A stretch of 64,000 bases of DNA from Candidatus Bathyarchaeota archaeon (GTDB taxonomy: Archaea > Thermoproteota > Bathyarchaeia > Bathyarchaeales > Bathycorpusculaceae): positions 256,001 to 320,000 of the forward strand of contig CAWEPZ010000009.1 in assembly GCA_963811105.1 (NCBI GenBank), written 5' to 3'. Both the position numbers and the translations under genes were made by a program. Each line of letters begins with the position of its first letter. The first letter of the stretch is position 1. A model generated the notes under the pieces. It had not been told where the DNA came from, searched no databases, and saw only the letters and a program-made list of their open reading frames with translations. This document shows, in pieces, positions 10,174 through 20,485 of the stretch.

Positions 10174-10863
10174 ATGACAACAATCGTAGAATCAATAGAC
10201 CTGAAAAAAACTTACATGCTTGGAAAAGTCCCTGTTGAGGCACTTCAAGGGGTAAACCTCAAAGTTGAAACTGGAGACTTCATTTCCATACTTGGACCGT
10301 CAGGAAGCGGCAAATCCACAATGCTAAACATGATCGGCGCATTAGACAAGCCAACTTCAGGAACAATGCTTATCGACGGCGTTGACATATCGAAACTCAA
10401 CGACAACCAACTAGCCGATTTGCGAAGGCGAATTGGATTTGTTTTCCAATTTTTTAATTTGATACCCAGATTAACTGCACGAGACAACGTTGAATTATCA
10501 ATGTCTATTGCAGATATAGGTAAGGTAGAAAGAAGAAAAAGAGCGGTAGAGCTTCTTGAAACTGTGGGCTTGAAGGACAGAGTTAACCATAAGCCTACTG
10601 AACTGAGCGGAGGACAGCAACAACGCGTTGCTGTTGCAAGAGCGTTAGCAAATAGCCCCAAGTTTTTGTTGCTTGATGAGCCTACTGGAAACATTGACTC
10701 TAGAACAGCAAGTGAAGTTATCGGGTTGATCAAGAAGTTGAATGTCGAAAAAAAAGTTAGTATTATTATGGTTACTCATGATCAACATCTGGCGCGGGAA
10801 GCGAGAAGAACAGTACAGATGTTTGATGGTCAAATTATTTCAGAAGTGGTGAATCAAGAATGA
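10174..10863 (+). CDS. ABC transporter ATP-binding protein (LolD/MacB-like)
   Basis: GPSGSGKS, GFVFQFFNL, LSGGQQQR, DEPTGN, VTHD. Likely start is ATG 10174. Confidence 0.92.
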   Translation: MTTIVESIDLKKTYMLGKVPVEALQGVNLKVETGDFISILGPSGSGKSTMLNMIGALDKPTSGTMLIDGVDISKLNDNQLADLRRRIGFVFQFFNLIPRLTARDNVELSMSIADIGKVERRKRAVELLETVGLKDRVNHKPTELSGGQQQRVAVARALANSPKFLLLDEPTGNIDSRTASEVIGLIKKLNVEKKVSIIMVTHDQHLAREARRTVQMFDGQIISEVVNQE

Positions 10864-12179
10864 AGGCAGTAGATATTTTCGGTTATTCCTTCAGCGCGAT
10901 TAAACTCCGCAAGCTCAGAGCAGCATTAACAACTCTAGGGGTAATAATAGGAATTGCCGCCATTGTAGCTTTGCTCTCGATTACTCAGGGCTTGCAGGCA
11001 ACAATCACTAATTCGCTTCAACAAGGACTATCAACCAACACGTTAGTTGTTACATCAGGCGCAAGCGCTTTAGGAGAAGCCACCAGCGGCGGAGGAGGCG
11101 TAGGTACACGTGGCGGAGGTGGCTTTGGCTTAGGCGGCTCCAGTTCAAGTGGATCCGGCTTCAACTTATACGTCAATTACACGGATCAAATCGATGCGCT
11201 GTCTCCAGAAATAGTATCCTCGTTTGCAGTTATACAAAGGACAGGTTATGTTGACACTGGAAGCGTTAACCGTTCGGTTACCATTTACGGTGTTGATTTC
11301 AACCAATATGCTCACCAATACAGCAAAACCTTCATAGCAGCATCTGGAACCATACCCTTGAGCCCTACTGAAAACCAAACAGTTGTAGGATCACGCGTAA
11401 CCGATCCCCGGCAAAACGGGACCATACTTTTCAATGCTGGCGATGAAATTGGAATCACATGGACCAACGCTACAACGCTCCCAGTAATAAACGAAACTTA
11501 CAATGCCCAAGTTTCAGGCGTCCTTCAAAAAGTCGGAGGCTTCGGCATTGGAGGACCATCAGATACAGGCGTGTACGTTCCCTTAAGTAAAGCAGAGAGC
11601 TTCTTTGGAACAGATCAATGCGACATGATAATCGTGCAAATCAAAAGCAGCGATAATGCCACAATCACAAACGTTTCCAAGGCTATAACTGATCACTTTG
11701 GCGGTCAAGTTTCCGTCATATCTTCCACAGCAGTTCTAAGTTTGCTTTCGACAGTGTTTAGCACAATCCAGTTGTTCCTTGGCGGCATAGCTGCTATTTC
11801 GCTCTTAGTGGCAGGCATTGGAATAATGAACATAATGATTGTCTCGTTGATTGAACGCACACGTGAAATTGGCATACTAAAAGCATTAGGAATGAAAAGT
11901 CGAACCGTCTTAACTATTTTCCTTGGCGAATCAGTCATCATAGGCTTAATCGGCGCTATTGTCGGGATAATTCTGGGCTGGTTACTCGCAAATGTTACTG
12001 CACGAGTGTTAGGTTCAGGTGTTTTCGGTGGAGGCGGATTTCAAATAACTCCTCTATTAACTCCGGAAGTTCTTGCGGGTGCACTAGCTTTCGGTGTTGG
12101 AATCAGCGTAATCTTTGCGCTTTACCCAGCTTGGCGCGCGTCGAAGCTAAAACCAGTAGATGCTTTAAGATACGAGTAA
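10860..12179 (+). CDS. MacB/FtsX-family ABC permease
   Basis: R..LT.LGVIIGIAA, GIGIMNIM.VS..ERTREIGILKALG, YPAWRASKL.PVDALRYE. Confidence 0.92.
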   Translation: MKAVDIFGYSFSAIKLRKLRAALTTLGVIIGIAAIVALLSITQGLQATITNSLQQGLSTNTLVVTSGASALGEATSGGGGVGTRGGGGFGLGGSSSSGSGFNLYVNYTDQIDALSPEIVSSFAVIQRTGYVDTGSVNRSVTIYGVDFNQYAHQYSKTFIAASGTIPLSPTENQTVVGSRVTDPRQNGTILFNAGDEIGITWTNATTLPVINETYNAQVSGVLQKVGGFGIGGPSDTGVYVPLSKAESFFGTDQCDMIIVQIKSSDNATITNVSKAITDHFGGQVSVISSTAVLSLLSTVFSTIQLFLGGIAAISLLVAGIGIMNIMIVSLIERTREIGILKALGMKSRTVLTIFLGESVIIGLIGAIVGIILGWLLANVTARVLGSGVFGGGGFQITPLLTPEVLAGALAFGVGISVIFALYPAWRASKLKPVDALRYE

Positions 12180-12207
12180 CATAAGTCATCTTCAGAGGTG
12201 TTCCCAA

Positions 12208-12654
12208 GTGAAACGATTGTACCCTGACCAACCAGTCGTAGGCGTCGGCGCCGTAATAGTTAACGAAGGCAAGGTGGTTCTGATTAAACGCGGAAATGAA
12301 CCAAGTAAAGGCAAATGGACCATTCCAGGCGGCTTAGTTGAACTCGCCGAAAGCCCAGAGCAAGCAGTAATCCGAGAAGGCAAAGAGGAAACTGGCTTAC
12401 ATGTTGAAAACCCAGTATTAATTGATGTTGTCAGCAATGTTGACTTGGATGAGCAGAGCAAAGTAAAATACCATTATGTCATCGTCGACTATTTAGTTCA
12501 TGTTACAGGCGGGATTGCCCAAGCTTCAAGCGACGCTATGGAAATGCGTTGGGTGCCCTTTGACGAAGTAGAAGGGTATGATTTGACAGCTTCTTTTCGC
12601 TTGTTTTTTAGACATAACAGGGAAAAACTGGAAAAAGCTAGCTCCTACTGCTGA
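12208..12654 (+). CDS. Nudix hydrolase (ADP-ribose pyrophosphatase-like)
   Basis: Nudix box GGLVELAESPEQAVIREGKEETG. Confidence 0.9.
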   Translation: MKRLYPDQPVVGVGAVIVNEGKVVLIKRGNEPSKGKWTIPGGLVELAESPEQAVIREGKEETGLHVENPVLIDVVSNVDLDEQSKVKYHYVIVDYLVHVTGGIAQASSDAMEMRWVPFDEVEGYDLTASFRLFFRHNREKLEKASSYC

Positions 12655-12754
12655 TGAGGAAATCAAAAAGATACAACTTGTCTGTCAACAAACAACGTTG
12701 ACCAAAACGTTTTTTTAATGATAAATCAATCTGGGAAGCCAGGGATTGTAGACG

Positions 12755-13320
12755 GTTAAGACAAAGTTAGCAATAATCCTAATCGCCGTCATTGCTTTAA
12801 TCGGGAACCGCTTGGCTGCTAATCAACCCACAAAATAAAGTAAACCCAATGGCCTTGATGCTTACTCCAACCCCAATCATTTTGCCAATCACCATACCTT
12901 CACCTTCCCAAACTCAAACCAGATCATCTATCGAAGAAAACCAAACGCCTAATATTAGAATTGAAGGGTTTAAATGGGTAAGCGTTTGGAGCCAATAGTC
13001 GGGGTTGAGGCAACTTGTTTTTTCAATGTTACAATTCGTAACTTTAGGCAACAACTACATTAACGGGATAGCATTAAGCGCAAGAATTCATTCAGGCGAT
13101 ACAGCCAGATGCAACATAGAGTGGAGTTTTTTGGTTTTGGGACAGGAAACACAGGGTCGTGCTCTTTAATCGAGTGCTTTATCCAGGAGAAACACACACG
13201 ATTAGAGGAGTATTATATTCGGACCGGAGCGTTATAGGCAAACCTGGGTCGATTGCAAATTCGACTATTTTTGAGGTAAAGCTGGGCAGAGACATCTTAG
13301 ATCAGATTACAATTCCATAA
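12755..13320 (+). pseudogene. Decayed membrane-anchored secreted protein gene (boundaries approximate)
   Basis: Fragments in shifting frames: KTKLAIILIAVIALIG (TM), PTPIILPITIPSPSQ (linker), PIVGVEATCFFNVTIRN; several stops and frameshifts. Confidence 0.45.
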
Positions 13321-13346
13321 TAGTCCATTGGAAAGAAAATGAAAAA

Positions 13347-14807
13347 CTAGTTAGTGTCTTTGAAGAATAGACGTGTTTCTCCCAGTGTTTTAATGTCTAA
13401 CGCTCTGACGCGGGCAACTATGGGAAAGTCGCTTACAACTTTGCCAAGGGTGAGGCAATTGTGGGGTGGCAAGTCTCTGGCAATTGACCGGACAGTTTCT
13501 GCGTCTACTCGGGCGGCTCTGCTAACAACGTCTAGGTCGTGTTCGTTGGTGAAGTTGAAGAGGAAGATGTTGTCTGCTTGGCGATAGATAGTTTCTTGAA
13601 TTGTGTCAGGTTGGTTTGTGATAAACGTTGTGAATATTCCGTAGTGGCGCATGCGGGTTACAATGTCATCCCAGTAAGTTTCGCGTAGGTACAGGTGCGC
13701 TTCTTCAGCGAATAGGAAAACAGCTTTGAGTTTCCAGTTTGAGAGGGAATCCACTAATTTGCCAAGCACATATTCAACTACTATTTGACGGTCAATATTT
13801 GAGGTGTTTTTCAGGTTTATGATAATGGCACCTCCGCTTTCCTTTGCTTTCAAAATACTCTCATCCAGCAATGTGGCTTCGCCTGGGCAATCAGTGAAGA
13901 AACCCGAATTAGCAAAAGAGTGGAACCTTGAAGCTAACGCGTCACGGACATGTTGATTGCAGTTTAAGTCACGAATCGCTTCGCCTAAATTTTGCATGTT
14001 CAGCTTCCCTTGTTCTTTAAGCATCTTCCATAGTCGCCTAAATTCGCGCGCTGAAGTCCCAGGTAGATGAAGAGCGTTTACAAGTATACCCATTACTGTG
14101 TTTAGTGGCAGTTGCTCAAGCGCTACTCTAAAGTTCTGTGAGGGCACTAAGGTATGGATTTTATCGTAGTAGATGTTTCTTTTGCCGTCATTAGTCATGC
14201 CTAGGCTGCTGTATTCGCCGTTCAAGTCAAAGATAACCACAGTTGCTTTGTACCCCACAAGGTTTACCATGAGGAGTTTGGATAGGTGGGATTTGCCGCA
14301 GCCCTTCTTGCCAGTGATAATGTTTAAGGTACCATCTAAAGCAGAGGCGTCTATGGTTAAGAGTGAGGAGTCTTTGGTGCCTCCCAGCATAATAGGTAGT
14401 TTACCATCGATTTTTGCGAGCTTCATAAGCATGGGGATTGACAATCTTTTGATAGTAGACTGAGAGCGACTGGGAAGCCAACTACTGCTTGGACTCAACA
14501 TATCGTTTTCCAATGTAGCCCGTATCTTGCAAATCAGCAAACTCGCATCTTGAATATAGGTTATGTGGGGAGCAATTTCCATAGGATCAATATCTTCGCC
14601 TTGAAGAGATTCGCCGCCATCTGGCAAAGTACGCAAAAGCTCTTCAAGCACGCCTGGCACAGCGGCAAATTGCACATCGATAACCTGAGCGATCAAGGCT
14701 TTTGCGGCATCCTGGTCTTCAACGAACAAATAGTCGCCTTTTTCAGCGCTCTCTGTTGGGAAACTAATGATTTGTAGAATGTTACCTTCTTTTTTATAGA
14801 GTTTCAT
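13347..14807 (-). CDS. herA: HerA-family ATPase/translocase (DUF87)
   Basis: N-terminal HAS-barrel-like region; Walker A GKKGCGKS; FDLNGEY; Walker B FAEEAH; R-finger RMRHYG; TNQP. Confidence 0.85.
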   Translation of the reverse strand: MKLYKKEGNILQIISFPTESAEKGDYLFVEDQDAAKALIAQVIDVQFAAVPGVLEELLRTLPDGGESLQGEDIDPMEIAPHITYIQDASLLICKIRATLENDMLSPSSSWLPSRSQSTIKRLSIPMLMKLAKIDGKLPIMLGGTKDSSLLTIDASALDGTLNIITGKKGCGKSHLSKLLMVNLVGYKATVVIFDLNGEYSSLGMTNDGKRNIYYDKIHTLVPSQNFRVALEQLPLNTVMGILVNALHLPGTSAREFRRLWKMLKEQGKLNMQNLGEAIRDLNCNQHVRDALASRFHSFANSGFFTDCPGEATLLDESILKAKESGGAIIINLKNTSNIDRQIVVEYVLGKLVDSLSNWKLKAVFLFAEEAHLYLRETYWDDIVTRMRHYGIFTTFITNQPDTIQETIYRQADNIFLFNFTNEHDLDVVSRAARVDAETVRSIARDLPPHNCLTLGKVVSDFPIVARVRALDIKTLGETRLFFKDTN

Positions 14808-15883
14808 GAGTACAATTCCCCTTTGCCAAACGAGCCGAAAAGCAGCCTGTGCATGTCGGGTCGGTTGATCATTTGTATGCCATGCTTTCGCGTAATGAAG
14901 TGTTTTATAGCTATAACTTCGTTGGCAGTAAAGGTGCAGAGGATGTGTGAGAGCCGGAGGGTTTCGGGGTAGCTTTGCGTATAGAGGTCGTTACCAACTA
15001 GTTTCTGAACGGCCTCTATACGTTGTTCAGCGGCGGTTTCTTTGTCGATGTCTAATCGGAAGGCGAGGTTTGACTTGTTGAGTCGTGCAACATAAAGGTC
15101 GCCTAGCAGCGTTATTGGCGGTTTTGAATGTAAGCCTGTGGTTTCCAGCAGGTATGGCGGGTCAAGGTTTGGAAGTCTCTCGGTTATCAAAATGCCGTTA
15201 GATCTCAACATGGTAGCCTTAGAGAACGCAAAAATGATGTTGTTGTTTCTTCTTGCGAAGCTAAGGATTTCTCGGAGCCGTTGGGTCGGGGTGTCGATTG
15301 TTCCAGCGGTTAAGGAACCGTCGAAGAGGATAATGCCGTGGTTTACAGTTTTTGCAAGCATCGTTTGAAGCCACCGCTCCAATAAGCCTGCAATGCGCAT
15401 GGGCATCTGCATAATGTTTGGAGCAGATTGATGCATGCTTCCATAGGTTGTGCTGAAATAAGCGTGCTCAAGCGCGTTGTAAACCACGTTTTTGTTATCT
15501 TCGGTTAAGTGGAAGACGAAAGGTCCAAGGCGCGTGTATTTGTAGCTGTGGTTTTGGCGCCATGTGATTGCTCCACGAATGGCGACTATCATACCGGTGT
15601 CTGTTTCGCCGATTTTTATCGTCGATGTGTCTACAGCAGCAATTAAGGTTTCCTGGCGATCGGCTTTTATGGGGATCGGTTGGAGTTTAAACTGAAGATT
15701 TGAAGGATATAGGCTGTTTAAATTAAATTTTTGGAGGTTCTGGGTGTTGAACTGGAGAGGTTGATGCTGCGCTTGTTTAAGTGTGCTAAGGCTTTGTTCT
15801 AAAAAGCGCTGGGGTAGTGCGGTGTCCATTGTTGGTTGTGGAAAGTTATATTTGTTAGTAATTGTATATTGTTCAATCACCAT
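14804..15883 (-). CDS. nurA: NurA-family nuclease
   Basis: AAVDTS, LFDGSL, AFSK, FRLD and YPETLRLSH motifs; 4-bp overlap with herA. Confidence 0.8.
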   Translation of the reverse strand: MVIEQYTITNKYNFPQPTMDTALPQRFLEQSLSTLKQAQHQPLQFNTQNLQKFNLNSLYPSNLQFKLQPIPIKADRQETLIAAVDTSTIKIGETDTGMIVAIRGAITWRQNHSYKYTRLGPFVFHLTEDNKNVVYNALEHAYFSTTYGSMHQSAPNIMQMPMRIAGLLERWLQTMLAKTVNHGIILFDGSLTAGTIDTPTQRLREILSFARRNNNIIFAFSKATMLRSNGILITERLPNLDPPYLLETTGLHSKPPITLLGDLYVARLNKSNLAFRLDIDKETAAEQRIEAVQKLVGNDLYTQSYPETLRLSHILCTFTANEVIAIKHFITRKHGIQMINRPDMHRLLFGSFGKGELYS

Positions 15884-15885
15884 GA

Positions 15886-15964
15886 TTCACCAATATTCAA
15901 TATCTTTATTGGTGAAATATTTAAGTATTGTGCATGAACATCTTGTACAATACAATATACAATA
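15886..15964. promoter_or_regulatory. Divergent nurA/wHTH promoter with inverted-repeat operator candidates
   Basis: Perfect IR TTCACCAATA-N11-TATTGGTGAA (15886-15916); near-perfect IR TATTGTGCA/TGTACAATA (15926-15952); TACAAT repeats. Confidence 0.5.
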
Positions 15965-15973
15965 AGTGAGAAC

Positions 15974-16381
15974 TTGACAGAAAAACAGCAAAACCCCCCC
16001 ATACGCGTAAAAATGAAAGTCGGCGACATAGAATTCGAAATCGAAGCCCAACCTGACCAAATCCAGACCGCTGTAGACCGAATCCTCGCCACCGTCACCG
16101 AACGACTGAAAAACACAAACCTTGCCCAAGTCGCCGAACGCCCCTCGCCACCGCCCAGAGCAGAAACATGCAAAGGAGTAATCCAAAAGCTCTGGGAAGA
16201 AGATTGGTTTACCCAACCCAGAAGCTTGGACGATGTCCACACCGAGCTAGCGCGCAAAGGCTTCCACTATGACCGCACCGCAGTAGCTCATGCACTGGTC
16301 GATTTAGTTAAAGACAACATACTGACGCGAATTGGCAAACCCCGCCGTTATCAATACGCACAAAAAAGACCCCCAACTTAA
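15974..16381 (+). CDS. Winged-helix DNA-binding protein
   Basis: N-terminal beta-hairpin KMKVGDIEFEIE; C-terminal WFTQPRSLDDVHTEL...ALVDLVKDNILTRIG..RRYQY wHTH pattern. Confidence 0.75.
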   Translation: MTEKQQNPPIRVKMKVGDIEFEIEAQPDQIQTAVDRILATVTERLKNTNLAQVAERPSPPPRAETCKGVIQKLWEEDWFTQPRSLDDVHTELARKGFHYDRTAVAHALVDLVKDNILTRIGKPRRYQYAQKRPPT

Positions 16382-16488
16382 TACAATACAACCACTCTCA
16401 TCCACAGATCAGCAAAGTTTAAAGCATATATTGTTCATTCTATTGTAGTGAATTTTTTGGAATTCAATTGTAAGTGGAGGTGAAATTT

Positions 16489-16926
16489 TTGCCGGATATT
16501 GTTGATGCTGCAATTGCATCAGGTATGTCAAAACTTGTAGAAGCAGTAAAAGCAGCTGGACTCGTTGATACACTGAAAGGCCCAGGTCCATTCACGGTTT
16601 TTGCGCCCACAGATGAGGCCTTCAATAAAATACCCAAAGCTAACTGGGATATGTTACTCAAAGACCCAGTGAAACTTAAGGAAGTCTTGACTTTCCACGT
16701 TGTTGACGGAAAACTTATGGCTTCAGATTTAGCTCAGCACGAATACCTGCAGGCTCTTTCAGGAGGAGAATTAAAGATAGATGCTAAAACTTGGCATTTA
16801 CATAAAAATATGAAAGTTAATGGCGCAAACATCATCAAACCAGACCTAATCGTAGACAACGGAGTTTGCCATGCAATAGACAAAGTTCTAATGCCAAAAA
16901 TGGCAGGCATGGACGAAAAAATGTAG
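16489..16926 (+). CDS. Fasciclin (FAS1) domain protein
   Basis: GPFTVFAPTDEAF and NGVCHAIDKVL. SD GGAGGTGA points to TTG 16489. Confidence 0.92.
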   Translation: MPDIVDAAIASGMSKLVEAVKAAGLVDTLKGPGPFTVFAPTDEAFNKIPKANWDMLLKDPVKLKEVLTFHVVDGKLMASDLAQHEYLQALSGGELKIDAKTWHLHKNMKVNGANIIKPDLIVDNGVCHAIDKVLMPKMAGMDEKM

Positions 16927-16933
16927 ATATTGA

Positions 16934-16965
16934 ACCTGTGATTTGCACAGGAACCAATTTTTTTT
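16934..16965 (+). terminator. Hairpin plus T-tract after the fasciclin gene
   Basis: CCTGTG-atttg-CACAGG stem followed by a T run. Confidence 0.45.
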
Positions 16966-16978
16966 ATGAAAAATGAAT

Positions 16979-18168
16979 AGACCTTAGGCGCAATTTCTAT
17001 TTTAATTACTAAAAGCCGTTAAAATAGACTTATTTTTTTAACGGAAAAGTGCAATTTTGGGATGGATTACTCTGGTAAGGATTCATCGGCATATTAACTT
17101 GAGATATCGCCCAGTGTTGGATGCGCTTATTTTTTCAGAAAAGCAACTGATCTTTGGTGAACAGTTTGCTCAACTACAAATGGCTTTCAAAGAAGCCTTT
17201 TCTATTCCGATCCATAACGGGACTGCAAGTACCTGAATTCGACTCGTTCTGCACCCAAGCAAATGCCAAATACAGAGATTACGAAGCAAAAAGGCTAGAT
17301 AGACCAAACAGAAAACACAAAGTAGGCGCCGGATACCCCTTCAAGCTGTCTCTACAAGACAGACTGCTTATGCTCATGGTCTACTACCGACTCTACATAA
17401 CCTCAACACTAACCGGAGTCCTCTTCGACCTGGACCAGAGCAACGTGCTCAAAGACATCCATAAACTTGAACCCCTCGTAAAAGAAATCCTGCCTCTGCC
17501 CCAAAAGCTGCATGACAAAGCCAAGCGACTGCAAAGCATAAAGGAAATAGAGGCGATGTTTCCAGAGTTCAAAGCTTTCACCGACGCCACGGAGCAGGAG
17601 ATTCCCAGGCCCAAGAACAGGAAAAAGCGCAGGACGCACTACAGCGGGAAAAGGAAGAGGCACACCGTGAAGACTCAGCTAACGGTTAACTCTAAAGGCC
17701 TCATAATCCATAAGTCCCGTCATGTTAGGGGCAGCACGCATGACTACGCTCTCTATAAGCATAGTCATCCTAAGTTGCCAGGCAATGTTCGGTCGGGTTT
17801 GGATTTGGGGTACCTTGGAATAAAAGATGATTATCCCAATCTTAATTGTGTGTTGCCCATTAAGAAGAAAAACCCTGGTCGCGGCAAGGTTGGCGTGAAG
17901 GCACAGGAGCTTTCAGTGGAGCAGAAAGCTTTCAATAAAGAACTTGCCAGCGAACGTGTGGTGGTTGAGCATACGAATTCGCGGGTGAAAAAGTTTCTGA
18001 TTTGGGGCGGTGAATTTAGGAATCGCTCGAAACGTTATGATGTTATGACCGATATCGTGTCCGGGCTGATAAACTTCCGAATACTAGGATCTTTAAATAT
18101 CTGAGAAAGCTTCAGGGGAAGACAGAAAGCAAGGGCAAATCCCCCAAGCAGAATAGCGCCTAAGGTCT
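16979..18168 (+). mobile_element. IS5-family (ISL2-like) insertion sequence
   Basis: Perfect terminal IR AGACCTTAGGCGC / GCGCCTAAGGTCT. Flanked by AAT...AAT (or TA...TA if each end is one base shorter). Single intact transposase. Confidence 0.9.
17154..18104 (+). CDS. DDE transposase (HTH_Tnp_4 + DDE_Tnp_4 type)
   Basis: TDATEQ.I.RP, YSGKRKRHT.K.Q, DLGYLG, RVVVEH: D-D-E triad. Confidence 0.92.
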   Translation: MVNSLLNYKWLSKKPFLFRSITGLQVPEFDSFCTQANAKYRDYEAKRLDRPNRKHKVGAGYPFKLSLQDRLLMLMVYYRLYITSTLTGVLFDLDQSNVLKDIHKLEPLVKEILPLPQKLHDKAKRLQSIKEIEAMFPEFKAFTDATEQEIPRPKNRKKRRTHYSGKRKRHTVKTQLTVNSKGLIIHKSRHVRGSTHDYALYKHSHPKLPGNVRSGLDLGYLGIKDDYPNLNCVLPIKKKNPGRGKVGVKAQELSVEQKAFNKELASERVVVEHTNSRVKKFLIWGGEFRNRSKRYDVMTDIVSGLINFRILGSLNI

Positions 18169-18385
18169 AATATAGTTATTTTGTGAAAGGGTTGGTTTAG
18201 CTTTGCTTTGTCCTGAATTTGTTACAATCTCAGTTGTTGGTGGTTTTTCTGCTAAGTTTCAAATGGTTGTTTTGGGTTGCTTTTTCTAAAATTAAGCTTA
18301 ACTGTTTGCAGGTCGAGTTTAAAAATGTTTTAGTTTGTTTAAAAAGTTTAAATTTGTTTAAGAAAGTTTGACGGAAGCAACATCA

Positions 18386-19624
18386 TTAAAATAGTGATTC
18401 GTAGATTTTGCTTGTTTCTTCCGCGACTTTTCGCCAGGTAAAATACTCCAACACTCTTCGCCTGCCGTTTTCTCCCCAATTCTTGGCTTTTTCAGGATTT
18501 CGCAGTGTTTCGTTTATTCCCCAAGCGATATCTGACGGGTCTTCGCCGTTAATGTGCACTCCACATTGGTCTGCCCCTCCATTTACGACCTGTTCTTTGA
18601 AACCTACAACACCTCTAGCTCCTACTACTATGGGTTTCTCCATAGCCATGGCTTCTAAACTTACTATGCCAAATGGTTCATAAATTGATGGAAAAACGCA
18701 GACGTCGGAAGCGGCATAATGGAGAATTCGTTCTTCTTCAGACACGAAGTCGAAGCGGTAAACGATTTTATCTTTAATGTTTAATCGTTCTGCTGTTTCT
18801 TGGATGTCACCTTGTTCTTCCCCTTTACCTAAAATCAATAGTTTAGTGTTCGGGTTTTCTTTTAGAACCGTTGGCATCGCCTGCAGTAGATTTCTGACGC
18901 CCTTCACCCATGCGAGTCTGCCGACAAAAAGCAGCAAGTTCCATCCTTCTGGAACATCGTATTTTCTTCTTATTTCATCCACATCGTGTTTTTGAACATT
19001 AACTGGGTTGTACATTTCTGGGTCAACACCATTCCAAACAACGCTGATTTTTGAGGGCGACCACCCATGTTTTACCAGATCATCTTGCATTGAGTAACTT
19101 ACAGTTATTATTTTGTCTGAGTTTTGAGCCATGGCTCTCTCTAAATGGGAAACTACTTCTGAGCCTCCTCCGCCACTCCTTCCCCATTCTGTGCTATGTG
19201 TGTGGAAAACTACTGGAATTTTGGTTTCGTTTTTGATTACTAATCCTGAGATGCTGCCTAACCAGTCGTGAACGCAGACGACATCAAAATTGTATTTTTC
19301 TTTTTTGATCAAGCCGTTGATGAATTTGGTAGCGCTAAGTATGTTATACATGAAGATATCGTTGAAGAGTTTGATGTTTGTACCCCATTTCTTAAGGTCA
19401 TCAACTACAAAAAAAGGCCAGATGTTGCTTGCGTCAGCAATCAGCGGTCGGTGAACTTCTACTCCTCGAAGTATTTCTCTGGTTTTTAAACCATTATTAT
19501 TCAATGTAAAAACCGAAACGTCATGTCCTATATCTACGAATTCATGAGTGATGTATTCCGCGTATGTGCCTAAGCCGCCTACGAGTTGAGGTGGATATTC
19601 ATAAACGAAAAATCCGATTCTCAA
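18386..19624 (-). CDS. GT4 glycosyltransferase (glycogen/starch synthase-like)
   Basis: EYPPQLVGGLG, HDW, HSTEWGR, FVGRL..KG, YEPFGIVSLEAMA. Likely start TTG 19624. Confidence 0.9.
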   Translation of the reverse strand: MRIGFFVYEYPPQLVGGLGTYAEYITHEFVDIGHDVSVFTLNNNGLKTREILRGVEVHRPLIADASNIWPFFVVDDLKKWGTNIKLFNDIFMYNILSATKFINGLIKKEKYNFDVVCVHDWLGSISGLVIKNETKIPVVFHTHSTEWGRSGGGGSEVVSHLERAMAQNSDKIITVSYSMQDDLVKHGWSPSKISVVWNGVDPEMYNPVNVQKHDVDEIRRKYDVPEGWNLLLFVGRLAWVKGVRNLLQAMPTVLKENPNTKLLILGKGEEQGDIQETAERLNIKDKIVYRFDFVSEEERILHYAASDVCVFPSIYEPFGIVSLEAMAMEKPIVVGARGVVGFKEQVVNGGADQCGVHINGEDPSDIAWGINETLRNPEKAKNWGENGRRRVLEYFTWRKVAEETSKIYESLF

Positions 19625-20485
19625 AAAACTCACCTGAAACTTGTTAAAGTTATTACTTAATGCTATTTATACTTTCAAATAAAGTAAATCTGGTTAAAAA
19701 TCTCAAAATCTTTTATTGATTTATCCATCTTCTGGGTTTTAGGTTAGCATCGTAATAGCTTTAGCGCAACTTTTACATTTCTATTCTTGCCTATTCTTTT
19801 CGAAAATTATACTTCAAACGGGTCTTTGTCCCATCTTTGATGCAATCTATTTTTCTTCTTTCCTCATCGTTTCAATAGGACTGGAAGTACCTTCTTTATT
19901 TTCTAAAGAGTTGAGTTTTTCTGAGATGGTTTCCAGAATTTCTAGTATTTCAGTTTCTCTTTCTAAATTTCCTTCTTTTAGAAGACAATCAAGTCCATTT
20001 GATAAATTTTTATCTATTTCCCTTTATTCTCCTTTCCTAAGATGTTTTTAGAAAAGAATCACTAGAAATCTGTTACAGTTTTGTTTGCTTAAAGGAACAT
20101 AAAAATCTTTTACTATCGTTTCGATCGACCATTGATAACTATTTCCAAACTTAATGGCAATTTTTTTTGGATAACGGTGGAAAATGAGCTATTTGAATGA
20201 TTAAAATTGAATCGTATTCCAATTTTCCCAATATTACTTGGGCTGAAATAAGCGTCTTATTTATGTTTTACGCAAAACGAAAGTGACTGGAAGAGGCTAT
20301 TGAAAATGAAGGAACAAGATGAATACAACGATGTTTCTTTAAAATTAGAGAAATTGTGTAGTGAATGGAGCGTTTACAAGATACATTCAAAGAGGAAAGA
20401 ACCGCGACAAGTGGCACGTGATTTACTAAAACTGACCTAAAACAATTTTTATCCTCAGCCGGATAGGCTTTTGGGAGTAAATCAT

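Noticed and set aside
19846-20030. ~56-codon charged minus-strand frame (IDKNLSNGLDCLLKEG...)
   Set aside because: No canonical start and no motif; too weak to call.
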